Shown here piece by piece: positions 54,620-64,000 of a DNA stretch of 64,000 bases. Numbering within the stretch: position 1 is the first letter of the stretch; each line of letters opens with the position of its first letter. Position numbers and translations under genes: made by a program. The stretch is from positions 123,876,001-123,940,000 of the forward strand of contig OX597820.1 of NCBI GenBank assembly GCA_951406725.2. The letters are read 5' to 3'. This stretch comes from Octopus vulgaris (lineage: Eukaryota). Below the pieces are notes generated by a model that saw only the letters and a list, made by a program, of their open reading frames with translations, had not been told where the DNA came from and did no database searches.

Positions 54620-56340
54620 AGTATTTCTGCACATTGAATATTCGGACCATCTTCAGTGTTATACACCGGAGTCATTTGGTGTTTCGAGTCTTACAACATT
54701 CACCCTTACCAGTCAACCCCACCTATGTTGATCAAACCTAGACCTTTGTTCAAGCGGCACTCAAGGGTTTTCTGTGCTGTTGCTAATTTTTTATGATGGC
54801 CTATTTTCCTTTATATACTGCATAAAGTGTGTATAGATCTTACGAAGGGAACAACGTGCGAATCATCGACTGTTTGCTCATCATTACTAGTAGACAATTA
54901 TTCCTTAACCTTTCCTACATCAATAAAACCCCATCTCCTGGTAAGCAATTCGTCCTTGAACCGTTTCTACACCAATTCTCCCCCAGCTTCTGATAATTTG
55001 CTCTATCCTTTCTTTTTTACTATGTTACGATTTACTAATATTGATGAGCTGCTAGTTTCACTAGAAACCAAGATTACGTGTGGTATCACAGGCTTTAGGA
55101 AGATATTGGAATCAAATTACAATTACTTTTCTTCATGAACTCTCATTACTCAGTCATGTGTTAAAGATATCAAACCATCGAAGTTGTTCTTCGGTGTTTT
55201 ATTTGGTCTCCCTCCCTTCTTGGTTAAGAATAACTACCTAGCTATATGGTGAGAATTAAGGTGGTAAGCTGGCAGAAACATTAGCACGCCGGGCGAAATG
55301 CGTAGCCGTATTTCGTCTGCCGCTACATTCTGAGTTCAAATTCCACCGAGGTCGACTTTACCTTTCATCCTTTTGGGGTCGATAAATTAAGTACCAGTTA
55401 CGCACTGGGTCGATGTAATCGACTTAATACCTTTGTCTGTCCTTGTTTGTCCCTTCTGTGTTTAGTCCCTTGTGGGTAGTAAAGAAATATATTTGGTGAG
55501 CATTCCTGTGGCAGCTGATTTCTTTTGCTTATCTCATTGGCGATAGTTTCGTTAACCTCGTATTATCTCCAGCGATAACGTTCCCCAATCACTGCCATGG
55601 AGCAACTCCCATGATATGTTTCAGAATCCCTCAATTAGAAAACTGGGGTCTTGCAGATGTTTGCACTATGCTCAATGTAAGTCGGTTGGGTGGATCAAAA
55701 ATGTGATCCCCTATGAATTCCACTTCCATATGTTCAACTAAATGTCATTCAGTTCCAACAACTGCTCCCACTTCATCCAGATTCTCTAATTTTTCACTGC
55801 CGCCGCTCTTCTAACTCCTTCTACCATTGTCTCTTGCACCACGTTCTACAGCAGTTTGTATCTCTCCTACTAGCTGTTAACAGACTTATTTTCTCCCGAG
55901 TTCAGGGCTGTGGAGGACCATATAGTCAGGTAGATTCGTTTGTTTCAGCCGTTTAACAATTTCCTGTAATGCTACGGCCGTCTCCCTCTTTCTCCGTGTC
56001 CTTTCGGAGATTCCTTTACTTTGGTAATCTTGAATGCTGTTCTGTAGGAATTCTCGAGTTGGTGATATCAATCCATTTCTGATAGATGTAAACGGATTCA
56101 TGGTCTCTTCATTGCTCCTGTACAGATGAATATACTTCAAGTCGCGTGGCAATTCTAAGTATCTGCAAAGAGAGCTGCTCTTCATGTCCTGAAACTCTCT
56201 ACTATAGTTATGGAAACTTCATTGCTGAAAAGTTTTCGGTGAGTCCTATGCTGGTAGAGCATGGCTTTGAATCTTTGAGATACTTCAGAGTTGCCTACTG
56301 CTCTCAGGAATTAATCTAGGTCACCTATGGCCATCTTTTA
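54620..56340 (-). mobile_element. Highly degenerate LINE (CR1-like), split by a SINE
   Basis: Stop-riddled coding-like sequence; LIEGF*NISWELL resembles the APE I.GDFN...I.W motif. Clade is tentative. Confidence 0.35.
55258..55489 (+). mobile_element. SINE family B, full length with TSD
   Basis: Close match to the 4286 copy. TSD TATATGGTGAGAATT (55243-55257) and TATTTGGTGAGCATT (55490-55504). Confidence 0.92.
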
Positions 56341-57251
56341 GATTAGAATTTTAACATTTTAATTTAATAATTTCGCTAAAACTCAATCGATCATGCAATT
56401 TATCCTATTGACGCATGAAAAAAAAAAGTTAGTACGGTCGGAGATCATAAGAGGAAAATTAGAGGATCTTGTTTCCTGCGAAGCTTGTTATTGTTCATGA
56501 GTACGTTGTTTTTAAAAGGTGGATAAATTAAGAATGCAAATTATATTCCACATGATACTTTAGAGATGGCAATGGTGTAAATCCAAAAGAGCTCGGGTGA
56601 TAACATAGCGCGTCAGCAATTTAAGTACTTATGAAATCTCTCAACTATCTCGTCTACCTGTCATCTAACATGCCACACTTTCCGTGAGCAAAAGGTGACA
56701 AATAATCGCAGCCTTGACCGATCATTGCATTGCAGTATGATCGCAGGCAACTAACTTCACTCAATAAATTAATTCATTAGCTATAAATATCACCGATAGG
56801 GATACAGCTCTCTCTGCAGCAATAAAAATAGTCAGGAATTTCACTAGTTTACTATTTCGTTGCATAACCAACTCACGTATCTGTGTCATTATCGTTATAA
56901 AGAAAATAGTTGCGATTTTTTTCCAATAATAGAAAGAACGCGTTTACTAATAATTAAATTCTTTGGTAGCATAATATTCACTGACAATGAGACTCAAATG
57001 CTTTTTTGTATGGAAACCAACTACGAACCATAAAAATGAAATTGAACATCCAGAATAAAAAGAAGAATAACAGCAAAAGACAATGAGAACAACTCACATA
57101 TTCGTGGTCTACCAGACCTCTCTAAAATAAAACCTGAGCGAACCGGACTTTTGAAAAGTAAACCTGAAGGCCGCTTTGTTTTCTTCTTATCTTTTAGTTT
57201 GAATAACAGAAATCACACGAGGCCATAGGGTAGCGAAACATCATGTTCTGG

Positions 57252-57337
<86 letters not shown>

Positions 57338-57374
57338 CCTATCTATACACACACACACTCACACACATACATAT

Positions 57375-57572
57375 ATAGTTAAAATTGACAGAAAAACAAA
57401 AGGCGAAGACAGCAGTATAAAAAACAAGCAGGTATAATAGTGTGACACTCGGGAAGGTGAGAAAGTCTTTTATGTTTCGAGCCTACCGTCTTCCGCAGAA
57501 AGGAACACAAAGAAAATAAACAGAGACAGAATTAAAAAAGTACTTCGAGAGTTAGCGATCAATCATGGCGAC
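57375..57572 (-). mobile_element. pLTR family 1 with hammerhead motif at 57467-57502
   Basis: Minus strand CTTT-CTGCGGA-AGACGGTAGGCTC-GAAA-CAT-A-AAAG...TTCCCGAGTGTCACACTATTATACCTGCTTG...CTTCGCCTTTTG, then (TA). Confidence 0.7.
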
Positions 57573-57599
57573 ATATATTATTAAGATTCAGTCCCAAGT

Positions 57600-58260
57600 T
57601 CAATGGTGTACCAGCTTCCGCAAATAAATGCCATGAAAATGACTAAATATATTGACTGCTGAAAAACCTTGCATCGAACGGTTAATTATCGATCCTAAAT
57701 AGTTTAATGTGACTTTTATATTCACCAGCATTCGGTCCATTTATTCACGTTTAACCGCCGTTTTACAGCAGTACAATATATTGTAATAATTAGTATACTG
57801 AAATTGTCGGTCATGTTGCAACATATTCTTGACGTTAATAGAGATACGAGAATGATTCGTTATTGCCAAAATCAACTTCATCATCATTTAAACAGTTTGT
57901 GATTAACGGATTTCGCCTTCAAATCCATAAAGGCTATCGATAAATTATTTGGATATATTCATCCTCAATAAATGTAAAGTCATCGTGTCACAATTTCTTC
58001 TTTCATATTCATGATTTTAATCATCAATACTTTCATTATTTGAATGTTTCTTTTGTTACCCTTTTGTCTTTTATCCATAAAAATCTGTATATGGGTGTTG
58101 GACAGGTGGGGGTTTGTTGGATTGAACGGGTGAATCTACGATACATATGTTTCAAAGTACTGCCTAACATCCATTTACGTAAAAAGTCCAAAATACAAAA
58201 GTAACATCTAGAATCGATGAAATATCTATCAAATCAAGCACTAATGCCTATATAATCGAT
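57600..58260 (-). mobile_element. Very degenerate RTE-like RT fragment
   Basis: VDFGNN, LNVNKWTEC and NYLGSIIN occur in RT motif order. Confidence 0.3.
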
Positions 58261-58539
58261 TATAGTCCTTCTCATCAAATGTGTGCCGGTTTTTTTCTAT
58301 TTTATAAAGTAAACATTCACTATTCTTATTCTCTTATTGCTAGTATTGCTAAAATAATCACACTATTCTCAGAGTTTTTTAAAACGTTGGTTTCATGTAA
58401 TTTCTTTTTGACTTAAATATTTTATAAAACTCCGATGGTGTTTCTTTAGTTCGCAGTCGATTCATTAATTAATTACATTTCTGTACAGAGGTCGATGCAA
58501 TCAACTTCAAACTTACATAAAAATTGATTCAAAAGAATA

Positions 58540-58742
<203 letters not shown>

Positions 58743-59189
58743 CGTTTTATTCATGAACTGAAGGGCGATGCACTCGCAGATTCGTAAAAGTGTCGAACAA
58801 CATAATGCTTTGCAGAATTTCTCACTTTTCTGGATTCAAATTCGGCTTTGTTTTTCATTATTTTGAAGTTGATTCATTTAATTCTAATAAAATGTGGCAT
58901 ATTATTGGAAATACCTACGGACTAGATATTTGCGGTTTTTCATCCGGCTCTTTTCCTTCTCAGTTTAAATCTTGTCATGGAGTAATTGGTTGGTAAACTA
59001 AACCTGCCACTTGGGTTAATATCACCACCAGTTACACTGGATTCTGTTTCAGGCATTCAAGATATGTTTTCGGTATAAGAATAGCTACATCTACCACTCT
59101 CATTAATCACTAGATCCCTATAAATATTCATGGTCAATGTCTTCATTCTCAAGTGAATGATACAAAAAAGAATATACTATATATGATCT

Positions 59190-59479
59190 ATATCACGTGA
59201 TCACGTGACCGACCGACCATTGCTACACATCGCGTTTGCATTGTTTTAGCCTTCGAATGACGCCATCACGCTGGCTAAGCGAGCAGGCCAACAGAAGAAA
59301 GAGTGAGAGAAAGAGTGGTGAAAGAGTACAGCAGGGATCACCACCCCCTGCTGGAGCCTCGTGGAGCTTTTAAGGTGTTTTCGCTCAATAAACACACACA
59401 ACGCCCTGTCTGGGGATCGAAACCACAATCCTACGACTGCGAGTTCGCTGCCCTAACCACTAGGCCATTGCGCCTTCAC
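59190..59479 (-). mobile_element. tRNA-derived SINE, family D
   Basis: Minus strand GAAGGCGCAATGGCCTAGTGGTTAGGGCAGCG...GGTTTCGATCCCC (A and B boxes), followed by a non-tRNA body. Confidence 0.85.
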
Positions 59480-59877
59480 ATATGATCTATATAAGTATAT
59501 CAATTTCCTTTTACTCACAAATATTCAGGATCTGAATTTTAATCTCTGTTATGGACTTATCCATCGTCTATATATCAAGTTGATGTATGCGTATGTATAT
59601 TTCAAATTTAAAATCAAGTGATATTTTATTTGTCACTATAATTACTGTGAGTATACTAGTGTCTCTATATGGTAAATGAGCGAAAATATTGCATAATAAT
59701 TTGCATTTGATAGAACAACTTTACGAACATAGTTCGCGTTCATAAATTTTACACATACATTGTTGATTTGTAAGAATACCACCCCAAAAGTAATTGGAGC
59801 TTGGGTTATGGACTACATCACGTATTATATATTATCATATAGATATTGATTGCCGTATACCTAAAACAGTTAATCAC

Positions 59878-59881
59878 AATG

Positions 59882-59976
<95 letters not shown>

Positions 59977-59995
59977 TAATAATAATAATAACAAC

Positions 59996-60039
<44 letters not shown>

Positions 60040-60088
60040 TGATGATGATGATGATGATGATAATAATAATAATAACAATAACAATAAT

Positions 60089-60149
<61 letters not shown>

Positions 60150-60188
60150 ACAACAATAACAGTAATAATAATAATAATGATGATGATG

Positions 60189-60277
<89 letters not shown>
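59878..60277. repeat. (AAT)n/(GAT)n/(AAC)n array, 400 bp
   Basis: Directly visible. Confidence 0.98.
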
Positions 60278-61702
60278 TCATGATCAAATATGTTTCACTG
60301 CGCATAAAATGAATACCTTATCTCACTGAAGTCACAGGAAATTAACTAAAAACTCAGTGTGATTTTTCGAAGCATAATTGTCTGCTGTTCTATATATTTA
60401 GTTATTCATAGTTAATTGATTGGGTTTACAGACAAGGAATGTCGATGTGATTTAAAATTCATTTTCAAATAATTTCCCTCCGCCCGTTTCACTACAATTC
60501 TTAAAAGCGCATACTTTACTGTTTGCGCTATGATGATGCACCAGAAATGCTTCAAAGAAGTACAACTAGTCGACGTCAATCGACCCATTTCGATAAGGTG
60601 TCAACTAATGGTTTAAACACAATTTACGTTGGAGTACACAATCCTTCAAGATATCTAACTTCGATATATTCCTCTGAAGTATTGTTGGCGTGTATTCATT
60701 TTTTAAGTGGTTGTTCAGCAAGGCAGATATGTTGTATAGTTTCCTTTTTATTAATGGGGCTTTCCTTAAACAGAACTCAATTATGTAGCGACACAAAATA
60801 GTCTACAACGTTTATTAAATTATATTACTAGAAATAATCTTATTTACTACATAGTGATAAGATGAAAGTCAACAGCAAAGATTTTATTTAAACTTAGACA
60901 TGGGAATAATGAATAAAAACTTGCTATGCACAAGTTTCAAATTTTATTAAATTGCCACACGTTTCATTTCTAATACTGACTTAAGGCCATGTTAATATAG
61001 ATGGGAGGCTATTAGCCCGAAGCGACTTTCGATATTACGTTTCTCTTACATATCCAGCCAACAGCAATGAAGGTAAACTTCAGCCATTGCAGGTAAAAGA
61101 CAGAAAGCAGAACAGAGATAATATTAGCTACATGCAGTAACAGAAAACTGTGCCAAACTCGTTAAGATAGATACATTTCCAATATCGTTTGAAATTATTC
61201 AATTAAGAGGCGATCAAATTTCTTGTGATGTTTCGTTACAACATCTATTTCCATTTCTAATTTCATCTATGCTCCAAGTAATGTAGGGTCAGTGAACGCA
61301 GGTATCAATTATTAGGGTAAACATTTGTTGTGGTTTACTCTCTTTTGTTTTTTGAGGTTTGAGAAAGAAAACTTCTCTCTCACTCCACAATACAGACACA
61401 CTCACACACACACACACACACACATTTGATCACACCCTCAAGTACGCACACAAACACACACAGACTCACATACACTCACATACACACAACACATACAAAC
61501 ACTCACAAATACACAAATGCACGCCCACATACATACACACACATGTATATATAGTATACTTTTCCGCGAAGGTAAGATCAACAAGAACTGTAGTCTATCT
61601 GGTGAGAGAGATATATTACTTAATAAACACATTATATATATATAAGTATTTATATATGAGGTTTTGTATTTATATGTATATGTGTATATATACGTATGTA
61701 CA

Positions 61703-61784
<82 letters not shown>

Positions 61785-61869
61785 GAAATGGGTTACTCAG
61801 AAATGTGGATCGTTTCATATTTTCAGATATTTACAGTATGTTACATGTTTTTATATATCATATATCATA

Positions 61870-61906
61870 TAATAGCGCTTTCGTCCACTCTAGTGGAGTT
61901 GTCAAA
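61870..61906 (-). ncRNA. Decayed hammerhead motif
   Basis: Minus strand tTGACaA-c-TCCAC(TAGA)GTGGA-c-GAAA-GCGCT-A; stem III is the AGCGCT palindrome. Confidence 0.5.
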
Positions 61907-62124
61907 TTGAAACTTTTGCAGGAATTTTGTCTCTTTTTATAGTATTATTGAGTGTGTAGGGGTGGGGAGAGATATGAGATAGTACAAGGGGGGAGGAATG
62001 GGGAGAAAATGAGAGAGAGCGTGTGTGTGTATGTATGTGTGTGTGTGTGTATGTTTGTATCTGAAAGGGGTGTTAACGGAAAGGAGAAGGAAAAGAAGAA
62101 GAAGGAGAGAAAGAAGAAAAAAGT

Positions 62125-62510
62125 TGTTGATATCTTTGCAGCTGGTCAGACTTTCAATAGTAAATGATTCTTGGCTTTTAGAAATGGCAAACCCAGCTGG
62201 TCACTCCAAGGGGGGCAAAATGTCACGTTTCAAAAATTGTCTGGATTTCCTTTTTATCGTTAGAGTGTGTGTATGTGCGCGCGTGTGTGTGGGTGTCTGT
62301 GTTTCTGAAAGGAGTGTCAAATGGCAAAGGAGAATGAAACGATGGATGAGGAGAAAAAGAAGACAAAAATATGGTTACATTTTTGCAACTGGTCCATCTT
62401 TCAATAGTAAATGATTCTTGGTTTTCAGAAATAGCATACCCAGCTGGCCACTTCAAGGGCCGCAAAATGTCACTTCTCAAAAATATGTCTGGATTTATTT
62501 TTATCATTGT
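62125..62510. repeat. Tandem duplication (about 247-bp period) in the PLE 3' UTR
   Basis: CTTTCAATAGTAAATGATTCTTGG...CCCAGCTGG.CAC...CAAAATGTCAC...TGTCTGGATTT occurs at about 62135-62258 and 62382-62505. Confidence 0.9.
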
Positions 62511-62550
<40 letters not shown>

Positions 62551-62797
62551 TGTGTATCTGTGTGTGTGTGCGTATGTGCGCGTTTCTGTGAGTGGGTGTC
62601 ATTGTATCTGAAAGGGCTGTCGAGGGAGAAGGAAAGAAAGAGGAAAGAGAGGACATAGAAATAATTGTGTCGACATTTATACCACTGTCCAGTTCTTTTA
62701 AATCCAATGTTTGATTCCTCTGCTGATATGGTTTGGAGAATGTGAATGAAATATTGTTTTTATTTATGTATATGTACATATGTGTAGTTTTATGTGT

Positions 62798-62851
<54 letters not shown>

Positions 62852-64000
62852 TTAATTCAATTTACTTCGCAAAATTGGTCCTTCATCTAGTACAAATTAT
62901 TATAGAAATATTTTCAGCCATTCAATTTGGGGGAAAACTTTGTTATGAATTATTTTTCCATATTTCTCCTGAAGGAGGTGTCATTCTTTGGACATTTGTA
63001 GAAAAGAAAAATCTCAAATGTTCCTTCTCCACATGTATCTAGCTGTTTATTCAGTGGAATCTTTCGTAGTTTCTCCTGTCGGACATGTCAGTGAATTCTG
63101 GCTCGTTGACATTAACAATTTCCATGTGGGGCAGGTTATGCAGTATATTACGTTCTGCTTCTTGCAGTTCATGTCTGCATTTACTTTGAATATGTGACCA
63201 CTCTTAAATTTCATTTGTTGCTCTCCTTCTTTATATTTGCAGGTGGGGGTTATTGCAGATCCCACATTTACCATCTCCGCACTCTTTTACAAAGAATTCG
63301 GTTTTAGTTTCTGATGAGAATTTCACTCTTGTTAGTTTTTTTCTTGAGGTTTTTGTCTTGTCTTTTACCTTTTTATGCAATATTTGTTTAAATATGTTTC
63401 CCATTTTGGGGATTTGTAGGACTATTGGTAGGTTTGAATGTATGATTTGAAACATGTCGGTAACTCCAGGGTTGTGTGTGTTTATGAAAGGGATGATGTT
63501 TTCTTTGTTTTTTTTTTTTTGTTTTAGAGTTCTGAGTTATGTGATGTCTAGTTTCATTGCTCTTGAGATTCCATTTTTTACTAGTTTGAGTGGGTATTTT
63601 TGTTGTAGTAGGAAGATTTTAAAGTCCATCTAGTCTTATTTGGCGTGTTTGTGAGTCGGTTACTATGCTGCATATGCATCTTGCTATACTATATGGGATG
63701 TTTCTTTTTATGTGGGATAGGTTGCAGGAGTAGAAATTTAAATATTGGTGTGTGTCGGGTTTTTCTTGTCGAGGATGTCTGTTGTGATGATGGAGTTGTG
63801 TATCTCGATGTTGATGTCTAGGAAGGGCAGTTCGTTGTGGCTGGTTTCTATCGTGAAGTTGATAGAAAGTGGAAACGCTACCTCGATGACTGCTTCGTTT
63901 TTGAAACAGATCAGAAGAAGATCTACGAATATTACACAACATCCAGAACACACTGCACCCATCTATCACGTTATATTACAGTTCTAGATAAAGCAAAACC

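Larger units (their letters stand above)
61780..63990 (-). mobile_element. Neptune-like PLE: RT C-terminus, Cys linker, GIY-YIG, 3' UTR and pLTR
   Basis: INFTIETSHNELPFLDI, DTHQYLNFYSC..HIKRNIPYS, ECGDGKCGIC, FKVNADMNCKKQNVIYCITCPT. 3' end abuts (TA)n. Confidence 0.88.

Noticed and set aside
59400-59479. tRNA gene
   Set aside because: A and B boxes are present, but there is no clean acceptor stem and it continues into a SINE body.

Overview
Eukaryotic, AT-rich, microsatellite-saturated DNA. The repeat content (tRNA-derived SINE families, compound (TA)/(TATC)/(AAT) arrays, many mariners, Penelope-like elements) strongly suggests a cephalopod, probably Octopus; this is inferred from recognising the repeats, not from a database search. 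I find no convincing host protein-coding gene, and most ORFs in the track are translated microsatellites. The window is a stack of nested transposable elements: (i) a 4.2-kb Helitron (22331-26534, minus) with intact TC...CTAG termini and 3' hairpin, whose Rep HUH region is deleted but whose Y2 motif and PIF1 helicase are nearly open; (ii) three full-length and four partial mariner elements; (iii) several Penelope-like (PLE) RT and GIY-YIG remnants, plus at least 10 minimal hammerhead-ribozyme motifs in about five sequence families, mostly abutting (TA)n; (iv) an internally deleted Chapaev3-type DNA transposon with CACTGTG termini and an asymmetric bipartite, RSS-like TIR; (v) a 413-bp MITE with 8-bp TSD and an internal telomere-like tract; (vi) R4/Dong-like, RTE and CR1-like LINE fragments; (vii) about 20 SINE copies, several with visible TSDs. 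The best leads are the variant-core hammerhead pLTR family, the RSS-like Chapaev ends and the helicase-retaining Helitron.
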